The notes: a model not told the origin generated them from the sequence alone. A DNA stretch of 34,727 nt from Octopus bimaculoides (GCF_001194135.2 NC_068981.1:175448544-175483270); one strand, 5' to 3'; positions 1 to 11,267 are shown, counted from the first letter of the stretch. Translations and numbers: made by a program.

Positions 1-240
1 ATATATTCACACACACATCCAGACATACATACAGAAATATAGGTATACACGTATATATATGTATATACATATATATATGAATAATGTATATATGTGTGTG
101 TGCGTGTGCACGCAAACCAACGCTTGCACTGTGGAAGCACTCTACAGTAGGAGACCCAACTCTCACATGTCTTCTGTTTATAACTAGATCCACAATTTCA
201 TACATGACTGAAGGAATAGAAAATCAGCCATTTCCGTTAG

Positions 241-283
241 TGCTGGGATGCTTTATCATAAAGAACAGAAAGCATATCCGAGG
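241..283 (+). CDS. Possible upstream exon of the candidate membrane-protein gene (xLGCFIIKNRKHIRG)
   Basis: Acceptor tttccgttag| and strong donor AGG|GTAAGT. The phase-2 end fits the 10388 exon. The link spans ~10 kb and is speculative. Confidence 0.2.
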
Positions 284-740
284 GTAAGTACAAGCCCTAG
301 ATTAAAAATCAAAATTATCTGCTAGTATTGAAACCAAAAAATAACAAGGATGGCGGCAGCTGCTCCTTGTTTAGCAAAGTAGCTCCTAGAGGAAAATATC
401 TGATGATATGAGGAAAAAGTGTTTGCTATGGTGTCGAGCAGAGGAATCTATATAATTTACTGGCACCATATGTGCTGCTTGGAATCGCTGGAGGGTGTGA
501 CATAGTACAAAGCGACCGGAAATTTGTTGATTTCAGTTCGACAGCTGAGGAATGGAATACACAGCAGCGCAAAGTGTATATAATATAAATATGTAAATAG
601 AGACGCAAACGCACAGGCACCACGGAGACAACCATCTATGAGTTCATACACATATCTCTCTATTTATATATACATGCTTACGTAAAACACACACATATGT
701 ACGTATATATATGTGTGTATATATATATATAATATATATG

Positions 741-792
<52 letters not shown>

Positions 793-912
793 TATATATA
801 TATATATACAGATATAGGGTAAAAATTAATAATTAATTAATAATTAGTAATTTTACCAAGTAGTTCGTTGTGTTAAAAAACCATCATCGATAAATTCATA
901 TAAACATAATTA

Positions 913-974
913 AAATTTAGGATTCAGCAGACATTGTGTTTGGTGAAGCAATGCCTGCTGAACTCTAAATTTTA
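913..974. repeat. ~25-bp imperfect hairpin with 12-nt loop
   Basis: AAATTTTAGGATTCAGCAGACATTG pairs with CAATGCCTGCTGAACTCTAAATTTT, with 3 mismatches and 1 G-U. Confidence 0.75.
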
Positions 975-1020
<46 letters not shown>

Positions 1021-1026
<6 letters not shown>

Positions 1027-1437
1027 TACTGTTAATAAACGTCTGCTGTGTGTTGCGTACTGTTACCAATAAATAAAACAAAATGCATTGTAAGTAAACA
1101 ATGAGAGATTAAAAACGTTTACGTGTAAGACACAGAGGATTCCTTAATTCTTCATCAATTATTAACTAGAATTGTAATTTCGCACCTTTAATGATAAGAC
1201 TGAGGGTCTTCCCATCTTGATGCTGTCTGCAAAAAACGCAGTGAATCGGGCCTCAAACAAACTAAACGATTCAGAGTGGACATACGGAAGTAAATAAATT
1301 GTAATTTAAGACGATGAACAACGACGAAACGAGCAAACTACGGCCTTGCGGACATAAGATAGTGAGTAAGGCTTAGAAAAATTCCTGAAGGATATAGACA
1401 CCAGTAAATAGTAAGACAGAGAAAGGTTTTTGTGACG
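1021..1437 (-). mobile_element. Copy A of a locally clustered ~430-bp element (Penelope pseudo-LTR-like)
   Basis: Its reverse complement aligns by eye along its whole length with 1782-2220. Decayed hammerhead-like core at ~1126-1165. Confidence 0.7.
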
Positions 1438-1468
1438 AGCTGCTGGAGGAAGAAGAGAAACTGGCCCT

Positions 1469-1739
1469 CTTAAATTACATTTTTTGACTTTCGTATATGC
1501 ACTCTGTGTCGTTGTGGTTGCTTGAGGCCCTATTCTTTTAGTGAAGCCGATCGCAGGTGCTGATCTCGGTGGTAGTAACCCTTCAGTCTTGTCATTAAAG
1601 GTGTGAAACTGATTACCATTCTGGTTGATAACTGATGAATAATTCAGGGAACCCCTGTCTCTTATACGTATACGTTTTTTTATCATCTGTCGTTGTTTAT
1701 TTACAAAGCATTATTTCATTTATTAGTAAAAGTATGCAA
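1469..1739 (+). mobile_element. Copy B (5'-truncated) of the same element
   Basis: Aligns with 1925-2185. Carries ATAA-CTGATGA...GGAA at ~1628-1665. Confidence 0.65.
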
Positions 1740-1781
1740 AAAAAAAAAAACCGGTTTGGTTTTGGTCACGAAAAAAAAAAA

Positions 1782-2220
1782 CGGTTCGGTCACAAAAAAA
1801 AACTTCTTTGTCGTGTTATTTACTGTTGTCTATATCCTTCAGGATTTTTTCTAAGCCTTATCCACTGTCCTTGTCTTTTGACCGCAAGGCCGTATTTTGC
1901 TCGTTTCGTCTTTGTCCATCATCTGAAATTACATTTCTTTTACTTTCGTATATCCACTGTGAGTCGTTCAGTTTGTTTGAGGTTAGATTCTCTGCGTCTT
2001 TCACAGATACCGCCAAGATAGGAAGTCCCTCATTCTTATTATTAAAGGTGCGAAACTTAGTATTAACATTTTGGTTAATAACTGATGTAAAATTAAGGGA
2101 CACTCTGTGTCTTATATGTATAAGTTTTTCTTATCTGTCGTTATTTACAATGCATATTTTTCATTTATTAGTAACGGTACGCAACACACACCAGACGTTT
2201 ATCAACTGTTAGTTTACATA
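1782..2220 (+). mobile_element. Copy C (most complete) of the same element
   Basis: Inverted relative to copy A. Starts CGGTTCGGTCAC and contains ATAA-CTGATGT...GGGACAC-TCT-GTGTC-TTAT at 2078-2115. Confidence 0.7.
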
Positions 2221-2476
2221 TATTCTATGTGACTCTACTCTTTCTCCTTTACCTTCTCACCATGTTACTTCTATTTCTATCCTGTCCACTTTCCTCTTTT
2301 TCTCTCTCTTGCCCTCTCACTTGCATTTGAAGCCCTCCTCATTTTCCCCTTCCTTTCTTCCCTTATTTTCTCTCTATCTTCTCTCTGTCGCTCTCTCTCC
2401 CTTTCTTCTCTGCCTGCTGCTAACACCCGACCCGGCGCCAGTCTATCTTCATTCACTCATTCCCACTGGCCGCCAA

Positions 2477-2611
2477 CCGGTTCGGTTACGAAAACATTTT
2501 CTCTGTCTTGCTATTTCAGGATTTTTTCTTAGCGTTACCCACCACTATCATATTTTGGCTGCAAGGCCGTATTTTGCTCATTCCGTCTTTGTGCATTGTC
2601 TTTAATTACAT
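2477..2611 (+). mobile_element. Copy D (5' part, runs into assembly gap) of the same element
   Basis: CCGGTTCGGTTACG...TTCAGGATTTTTTCT...GCAAGGCCGTATTTTGCTC...TTAATTACAT aligns with 1782-1935. Confidence 0.65.
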
Positions 2612-3147
2612 NNNNNNNNNNNNNNNNNNNNNNNNNNNNNNNNNNNNNNNNNNNNNNNNNNNNNNNNNNNNNNNNNNNNNNNNNNNNNNNNNNNNNNNNN
2701 NNNNNNNNNNNNNNNNNNNNNNNNNNNNNNNNNNNNNNNNNNNNNNNNNNNNNNNNNNNNNNNNNNNNNNNNNNNNNNNNNNNNNNNNNNNNNNNNNNNN
2801 NNNNNNNNNNNNNNNNNNNNNNNNNNNNNNNNNNNNNNNNNNNNNNNNNNNNNNNNNNNNNNNNNNNNNNNNNNNNNNNNNNNNNNNNNNNNNNNNNNNN
2901 NNNNNNNNNNNNNNNNNNNNNNNNNNNNNNNNNNNNNNNNNNNNNNNNNNNNNNNNNNNNNNNNNNNNNNNNNNNNNNNNNNNNNNNNNNNNNNNNNNNN
3001 NNNNNNNATTATAATACAGGGTATCAAGAGATACCACCACGCTGAAAAAAATAGCAGTCAAATCCTGACTCCAAAACCACAATAAATGTCCGCAAGGCAC
3101 GATTAGCGAAGACGAAGACCAAATAAACCAGTAAAAATAATAAGATA

Positions 3148-3203
3148 ATTTCAAATCCTGGATTTCTGGCTTTGCATAAATGCTCTGCCTTCATCAGTGA
3201 AAT
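3148..3203 (-). ncRNA. Type I hammerhead ribozyme motif, minimal Penelope-type
   Basis: Minus strand reads ATTTCA-CTGATGA-A-GGC(agagcatttatgcaaa)GCC-A-GAAA-TCC-A-GGA-T-T-TGAAAT. It has an intact CUGAUGA/GAAA core, perfect 6-bp stem I, palindromic stem III and an AUU cleavage triplet. The one defect is an A-A mismatch at 10.1/11.1. Confidence 0.65.
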
Positions 3204-3561
3204 ATACTCAAGTACATAAATACAAATACATGTATATAAACAGTATACTTACACATACGGATGTATACACACATATATATGTACGTATGTACACGACTAG
3301 CTTAAATAGCCCGCCTAAACAACTTCTCGTGCGATCCCGGACAGGATATCAGCGCAGTAAATACACTGATTATATATATATATATATAATCAAGTGGAGA
3401 ATGAAGAAACAAACACAAGAAGAAGCAGGTCAATTGCGGTAGTTAGCCATTGATTTAATTATGTGGAGATTTTATAATGATTCATTGAAGATCGTTTCGA
3501 TGTGCCAATTTGATTGGCAGATCTCTTCAGAATGTTGAGAAGTGTATACCTATATATATAA

Positions 3562-3623
3562 GTATATATACGATGGACTTCTTCCAGTTTCCATCTGCCA
3601 AATCTACTGGTAAGACTTTGGTC
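3562..3623 (-). mobile_element. SINE family A internal fragment
   Basis: Reverse complement GACCAAAGTCTTACCAGTAGATTTGGCAGATGGAAACTGGAAGAAGTCCATCG matches 4340-4393. Confidence 0.7.
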
Positions 3624-4061
3624 CTATTAGAAAATTTTCAGACAGAACAATTTTTTTATAATAAAATGTTTATTAGAAAAAAAATTATTATAAACATTTT
3701 CACTGTCTAAAGATATTCTGATAGGAAATGTTTCTAATAAAATTTTTGTAATAAAATTTTTATTAGAAAAATTTTCTGTCTAAAGATTTTCAGATAGGAC
3801 ATTCCTTACGTGTCTATATAACATGTAAAGCTTTGTAATTCCCATTAGCAAATGAAACCTGTGTAATGTAAAGTAAATAATACTAAAAATTTCAATTTTC
3901 TTGTTTTGTTATTCAACAATTCTACAAATAATATTTCCATAATTCTCAATTTTAAAGTATGTTTCGATTTACATAAAACATTAATTATGAATACAATTTG
4001 ATTGTGATAATGAAATAAGCAGATATGCTTCAAGAGGAAACAGCTGCGAGTTACCCTCATT

Positions 4062-4140
4062 GCCTACATACATACATACATACATACATACATACATACA
4101 TACATACATACATACATACGCACGCACGCACACACATACA
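4062..4140. repeat. (TACA)n microsatellite, one example of many CA/TA/TACA/CT tracts (others at 740-810, 975-1021, 5382-5450, 6480-6890, 8195-8373, 10700-10850, 18790-19040, 24200-24300, 29620-29840, 30682-30770, 31050-31160)
   Basis: Directly visible simple tandem repeats. Confidence 0.95.
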
Positions 4141-4229
4141 TATATACGCATGAAAATATAAATATTATTTAAATAATATTAATATCCAGCAAGAATAAAG
4201 CGCCATATAGGTAAAATTATAAACATATA

Positions 4230-4392
4230 GGCGTAGGAGTGGCTGTGTGGTAAGTAGCTTGCTTACCAACTACATGGTACTGGGTTCAGTCCCACTGCGT
4301 GGCATCTTGGGCAAGTGTCTTCTACTATAGCCTCGGGCCGACCAAAGCCTTGTGAGTGGATTTGGTAGATGAAAACTGAAAGAAGCCCGTCG

Positions 4393-4441
<49 letters not shown>

Positions 4442-4640
4442 CTGTGTTTGTCCCCCCCAGCATCGCTTGACAACCGATGCTGGTGTGTTTATGTCCCCGT
4501 AACTTAGCGGTTCGGCAAAAGAGACCAATAGAATAAGTACTAGGCTTCCAAAGAATAAGTCCTGGGGTCGATTTGCTCGACTAAAGGCGGTGCTCCAGCA
4601 TGGCCACAGTCAAAAGACTGAAACAAGTAAAATAGTAAAT
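4230..4640 (+). mobile_element. Full-length tRNA-derived SINE (family A) with internal (TA)n(TG)n tract
   Basis: A-box-like TGGCTGTGTGG and B-box-like GGGTTCAGTCCC, then CORE-like CTTGGGCAAGT. Body and A-rich 3' end recur at 3562, 5449 and 24923. Confidence 0.85.
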
Positions 4641-4657
4641 ATTAAATAGTATATAAA

Positions 4658-5380
4658 GCAGGTGTACAAAGAGTACGATAATTGCTAGAAATAGCAACCA
4701 GTAAGTTTACGGCGCTACGTAGAGCTTCACTGAATATTTACAGGCAGAGACGTGTGCTTGCAGCGAATATAGGAAAATTCTGTGTTACCTCTACGGAGAC
4801 CGTTAGAGGAATTAAAGACATCTCAATACTGCAGGTTCTAACACTTCAGATAACGTGCATGAGCTTGAATTTGATTGGTTATCATCAGTTGAGTCTACCA
4901 TGAACGACTAACTTTTAAAATATCCACTACATCTCTGCCTGTTTACTCGGCTGATAGCCCCTGTCATAATCAGAACCAAGGTTATGAAAAAATATGCATG
5001 AAAATATAATTATTATTAAAATAATATTAATTTCCAGCAAGAATAAAGCACCATATAAGTAGAAAGTATGTGATTTTGGATCCGATCATGAGTAAACAGG
5101 CAGAGATGTAATGGACATTTTAAAATTTGGTCATTCATAATAGACTCAACTGACGCTAACCAATCAGATTTGCGTTCACGCACGTGATATGAAGTGTTTG
5201 AAACTGTAGTATTGAGTTATCCTTTATGTCTCTAACGGTCTCCGTAGAGATAAGACAGAATATTTCTATATTCACCCCCCAGCTCACATCTCTGCTTGTT
5301 AATATTCAGTGAAGCACTATAGAGCGCCGTAAAATTACCGGCTGCTATTTCTAGCAACGATCGTACATTATGTACACCTG

Positions 5381-5381
<1 letters not shown>
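4658..5381. mobile_element. Foldback/MITE-like element with ~290-bp inverted arms (4658-4948, 5090-5381) and 141-bp spacer
   Basis: The arms align as reverse complements end to end. Termini GCAGGTGTACA resemble the start of the Mos1 mariner TIR. TA follows the right end. Confidence 0.75.
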
Positions 5382-5444
<63 letters not shown>

Positions 5445-5448
5445 ATAT

Positions 5449-5600
5449 ATACGACGGGCATCTTTCAATTTCCGTGTACCAAATCCACTAAAGATGATTT
5501 GGTCGGCCCGAAGCTATAGTAGAAGACACTTGCAGAAAATGCTACGCAGGGGATTGAACCCAGAACGATGTGTTTGGGAAGCAAGCTTCTTACCACACAG
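5449..5600 (-). mobile_element. SINE family A, 5' half
   Basis: Reverse complement aligns with 4245-4395 and ends in the (TA)n tract next to the foldback arm. Confidence 0.8.
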
Positions 5601-6685
5601 GTCTTGCAGATTTTTATACTCCCTGATATCGCGATCATTTGCAGTGTATGAAGTAAGAACCTGCGTTTTCTCCCCAGAAAAACCAAGTTCACCATATTTT
5701 GCTCCACGTGGAGTGGTACATATCTTGTTGCTTCAAGAATAACAGGTTATGAAGATAAATTTGCTTCTTGAGAATGTGTGTAGATTGTACTGGGTACGTA
5801 TGTTTCTCTGCATCTGCCGTTGTGTGAGATTGCTTATGTACTAGGTTTTCAATAAATGCTGGGATCAATTTGCACATCATAACACTACCAGGATTAGTCG
5901 TATATATCGGCACCAGCATTTATAGTTTCTATTATATTGTCGATTCAGTAACTGAAATGAATGGAAGAATAAAAAGAATAAGAAATAAAATCAAAAACAA
6001 AACAAAGTTGGTCTGCATAATAAACTAGAAAACCAAATTACATATTCAAAGCGAAGAGATTTCCCGTCCAATTGTATTTAATTTTTACCTGCCTTCCATG
6101 TCACATTTCTCGTATATTCCACCATTCTTGATATTCCGTAATCTGTCGGCTATCCTTAATTCAAATATTAATCTTGTCATTCTTTGCTTCTATCGCAAAA
6201 CTCTTTTATATTCGGTTCCTTCTATATATATTCTTTTGCTTTCTGTCTCTGTCTGTCTGTCTGTCTGTCTGTCTCTGTCTGTCTGTCTCTCTCTCTCTCT
6301 CAATCTGTCTACGAATAACACGGCCTGTGTCTGACTGAATGATTGTCTCTCTGAATTCTTGCTCTCTCTCTCTCTCTCTCTCTTTTGCTCGCTCGCTCTG
6401 AAGAGTACAATATCGTTTTATCTCTACTAAATCTCAATCGAGGCTAATCTAATTCTGCCTTACATATTCTCACGCCCTCTTTCGAACATAGGCACACGCG
6501 CACACAAAAACACATATGCACACACACGCACACACACACACACACACACATAAACACACACACACACAGACACACACACACACACTCACAAAATCACACG
6601 CAAACACACAAACGTGTATGTGAGTGTATTTTTGTAAGTATAAATACATACATGTATGTTTGTATATATGTATATCCATAAATAT

Positions 6686-6729
<44 letters not shown>

Positions 6730-7370
6730 GGAGAGATAGAAAGATATACACTCAGATACAGAGACACACAAACATATACACACACGCGCACACACACATA
6801 TAAGCATATATGTATATGTACACACACACACACACAGATATATATGCATATATACATATATATATATAAATATACATGCATACATATTTCTCATACAATC
6901 TTTAAAATCCCCTCTTTGTCTTTCTCTTTCGCCCTGCCTCCACTAATCTCTCTCTCACGCCGTTTAATTTAACCCCCTGTAAGAAGCCCGTCAGTAAAGG
7001 CTGGCACCAAGAAGTCTTAGAGATAAATGAAGAAATCGTAATAAAGTTCATCAAAGTTGACAGATCGTTTGAGGATAAAACAAGCAAAAAAACAAAACAA
7101 AAAAAAAATTAAAATTAACATGAAATGAAAAAATCTCAGAAGACATAATAAAAATGAAATGAAAATAAACATTTTTGTAAAATAAAGATGAGGAAAAAAG
7201 CTAAGATAAGGATAATTTGGATTAATATGCATTTGGTTTTTGTCTGAAAATATTCTTAAACTATTTATAATGTCTCATTTAAGAAATATTACATGATCTG
7301 TCATCCGCATTCAATTCATTCCAAAGCACTCACAAACATATATATACATACATAGATATGCATACATATG

Positions 7371-7414
<44 letters not shown>

Positions 7415-7610
7415 TTAAGTATAAACAGAGTTAGCGGTTATAATAACCGGCTAAGGGATAAAATATCTGTATATACTATCAGTATTTGTTATGTCTTGCT
7501 TTGTATCAATTAACAAGCTTTAAATGTGGTCCAATCGATGTGCCAGTTAATCTATGTTTTTCTCCATTTTCAAAGTATATATATAAATATAAATAAAAAT
7601 ATAAGTATAA

Positions 7611-7648
<38 letters not shown>

Positions 7649-8194
7649 CCTATATATATATAGTTATGTATATATANNNNNNNNNNNNNNNNNNNNNNNN
7701 NNNNNNNNNNNNNNNNNNNNNNNNNNNNNNNNNNNNNNNNNNNNNNNNNNNNNNNNNNNNNNNNNNNNNNNNNNNNNNNNNNNNNNNNNNNNNNNNNNNN
7801 NNNNNNNNNNNNNNNNNNNNNNNNNNNNNNNNNNNNNNNNNNNNNNNNNNNNNNNNNNNNNNNNNNNNTATATATTCAGTGTTTCGTTATCCTGTCTTGT
7901 TTTCTGTCCGCCACTACATTCCTCCACGTTACAAATTTGAATTGTGGTCCGTGGGAAGAGTCAGTCTAACAATGCATCCTGTCCTAACACTTCGAACCGC
8001 TTAGTTTTAGAATGGCGGCAGCTGATGAAGGAAATGTTCTCTATGTGACCTGTGTTTTTTCTGTACTCTGTTTATCATTTTGTCTACGTTTTTTTGCAAC
8101 GTCCTGTACCCAGATATGCATCTATATATACATGTATATGTAGATATGTACATACATGTACGTATATATGCATATAGTCATATATTATATGTAT

Positions 8195-8230
<36 letters not shown>

Positions 8231-8251
8231 TGTATATATACATATATAAGC

Positions 8252-8310
<59 letters not shown>

Positions 8311-8342
8311 CATATATATACATACATACATACGTACATACG

Positions 8343-8373
<31 letters not shown>

Positions 8374-8613
8374 NNNNNNNNNNNNNNNNNNNNNNNNNNN
8401 NNNNNNNNNNNNNNNNNNNNNNNNNNNNNNNNNNNNNNNNNNNNNNNNNNNNNNNNNNNNNNNNNNNNNNNNNNNNNNNNNNNNNNNNNNNNNNNNNNNN
8501 NNNNNNNNNNNNNNNNNNNNNNNNNNNNNNNNNNNNNNNNNNNNNNNNNNNNNNNNNNNNNNNNNNNNNNNNNNNNNNNNNNNNNNNNNNNNNNNNNNNA
8601 TATATATATATAT

Positions 8614-8850
8614 ATTTCACGTTGCTCTAGTTATTGAGCTCTAGAAATGTGTTGCGACGTCCCTGAGGCCAAGCTGTATCGACCTTTGCATTTCCCGTGG
8701 ATAACGTCGGTGGTGTGGAGAGAGGAGTCTGGTATGCATGGGCGACTGCTGTTCTTCCATAAACAACCTTGCCGGCATTTGTGCCTCGGAGGGTAACTTT
8801 CTCGGTGCAGTGTCATGGTCATTCATGATTGAAGGCGGTCTTTGCACTTT
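8614..8850 (+). mobile_element. SINE-like fragment (family D), 5' end absent next to a gap
   Basis: GC-richer block starting TTTCACGTTGCTCTAG...AGCTCTAGAAATG, resembling the 3' half of a CORE-type domain. Recognised from memory as an octopus-type repeat; single copy here. Confidence 0.45.
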
Positions 8851-9392
8851 TTCAATTCAATTTGTATTAAATATTAAATATGAAACAGCAGTGTGGTAGA
8901 ACAAATTTGATTGGTTATGTGGTCGATGATGTCACTTCTTTTTTCGTCAATTAACAAGATCTGGTTAAATTTTCAAGTTAATTAGCAGGAACTTTAACTC
9001 ATATCAGCATTTTGAGATAAGATCGGAATTTCTTCGCTTATAATTGGAGTGGGATACACACGTGTGATTATATGTGTACGAGTGTGAGTATTGAGGGTTT
9101 TTCTTATAAACAAATCTTTCGTCTAATTCATGGAATGTTGAATATTAACTGATATGTAAATACTGCGATTTAGATAAAATGCTTATTTTAATCACACCTA
9201 AACCGAGGAGACACAGCTTCGTAGAAATCCCAATCCTTCGCTTGTTAAATGTACAAGATGGTTTGCAGGGCTTATAATTTCAAAATAGTGTTAGAAGAAG
9301 ATTAAGATTTATTTCTCATCTAAATTTATTCCAAATATTCTTTGCTGAAGTTCTACATAATATATATATATATATATATATGATTAAAAGAG

Positions 9393-9778
9393 AAAGTAGA
9401 AAAATGCTAAAATAATTTTATCATGAAGTACATTTTGTTACCGGTTTCCGTCATATTAAGCTTTTCAACGAAAAGTAAGATAAGAAAAACAATTAAATTG
9501 GAGAAAAAAATAAGTGAAATGTTTTGTAGATATTTTCGTAGTCTTTGAATAAGTAAATATTTCTATAGTTTTCAGGCAGTCTGTTTCTCTCTATATATTC
9601 CTTTGTGAAAGGAAAATATCTACATGAAAATATCTACAAAACATTTCACTTATTTTTTTCTCCACTTTAATTGTTTTTCGTATTTTACTCTTTGTTGAAA
9701 AAGTCTAAAAGACGGAAACCGGTACTAAAATGTACTTCATGATACTAAAATGTACTTTATTTTAGCATTTTCTACCTT
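9393..9778. mobile_element. Palindromic MITE-like element, ~150-bp arms, ~80-bp spacer
   Basis: 9393-9541 is the reverse complement of 9621-9778 (shared ACCGGTTTCCGTC and TGGAGAAAAAAATAAGTGAAATGTTTTGTAGATATTTTC). The right arm has a small internal duplication. Confidence 0.8.
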
Positions 9779-10387
9779 GTCTTATTTTCCTTATACATAT
9801 CAACTCGTGTGTTACTTTTCTACCTTCTACACACACACACACACAAACACACATACACACATACACACACCCACGCACACACACACATATATATATAATT
9901 TCAATATGGAGCAAATAATTCAGGAGAAAATATTTGCGAAGATATTATTGAATCTGTTATTATCTAGTATAACAATTAAAACTGATAATAACAGAATCAA
10001 TAATATAGGTGATTGCAGGCCCCAAAAAGCATTAAATAGCTGAAGGATTCAAATTGATCGAACGACATACTAAATATGTCTACCTGCTTGTTTAAATTGC
10101 CGAAAAAACTGATGATAACTACAGAAATCAACCGTCTGCATTCGAACGAGCTAAGACAGTCTCTCATCATACATTTAAGTATTTGGACTCACATACACAC
10201 ACGCACATACACACACACATATATAATGTTGGTAAATATTTTCTTCTTTTCGATCCTTCTCTGTTCAATTTCTTTACTTCATTCCCAATGAGAGATCATT
10301 GGCTGAAACGTAGAACAATCCTTATATTATATGTATTCCTCGTATCGTTAAACTAAGGTTACGTATGCACACACACTTTTAAATAAG

Positions 10388-10444
10388 GACAAAATGGTTC
10401 TTTTCGGTGTTTGTATTTTTCGCTCTTCTCGAATTGCCTTTATT
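10388..10444 (+). CDS. Candidate exon, hydrophobic segment TKWFFSVFVFFALLELPL
   Basis: Strong donor ATT|GTAAGT, weak AAG acceptor, 57 nt phase 2-2, in frame with 11190. Confidence 0.4.
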
Positions 10445-10726
10445 GTAAGTATAGGCATTCGAATATTATAAGGCCATGCCAAGTGTGAACGTAAATTTAA
10501 TCTCCCGCCCTCCGTGAAAGAAGAAGAAGAAAAACTAAAATTGAGAGAAATGGAACATAATATAGCTACAAACAAACACACTTACTTACGCACACATATT
10601 TATATATTATATATATGTATATTCCTTATATATATATTCTTATATTTACTTATTTATTTATCTTTTTATGCATAGATGCATGTATACATATATCATATAC
10701 GTATATACATACATACATACATACAC

Positions 10727-10816
<90 letters not shown>

Positions 10817-10904
10817 ACTCACATACACACACATATACATATATATTTAAATGTATATATTCGTATTAACAGCGGCAATAATACAACAGTAGAAATAGTA
10901 ATGT

Positions 10905-10912
10905 CAACAACT

Positions 10913-10964
<52 letters not shown>

Positions 10965-10987
10965 CAGCAGCAGCGGCAATAATAATG

Positions 10988-11060
<73 letters not shown>
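10905..11060. repeat. (GTA)n-(GCA)n-(ATA)n compound trinucleotide repeat
   Basis: Directly visible. Confidence 0.95.
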
Positions 11061-11061
<1 letters not shown>

Positions 11062-11189
11062 CAAAAATCAATCATTTAAACTCGAAAAAGAAAATGAAAC
11101 GAAACGAAAACAAAATTGAAAAAAAAACAAAAACAAAGAATCTGAAGGAATATTTTTTAAAATTGACATATTTTAAGAGTTTTCTTTAG

Positions 11190-11267
11190 ACTATTGTCAG
11201 GAGCCAGACTGTCAGAAGAATTTGAGAATTACGCCATGCCAAAATTACAAGTCAGTTGGAAAATTAG
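11190..11267 (+). CDS. Candidate exon LLSGARLSEEFENYAMPKLQVSWKI
   Basis: Acceptor gttttctttag|, donor TAG|GTGCGT, 78 nt phase 2-2, non-repetitive sequence. Confidence 0.55.

Noticed and set aside
3624-3806. Short degenerate direct and inverted repeats of TGTCTAAAGAT...GATAGGA
   Set aside because: Very AT-rich local duplication with no defined unit or termini.
6942-7110. Protein-like frame KKPVSKGWHQEVLEINEEIVIKFIKVDRSFEDK
   Set aside because: No start codon, only a poor AAG acceptor, no good donor and no recognisable motif.
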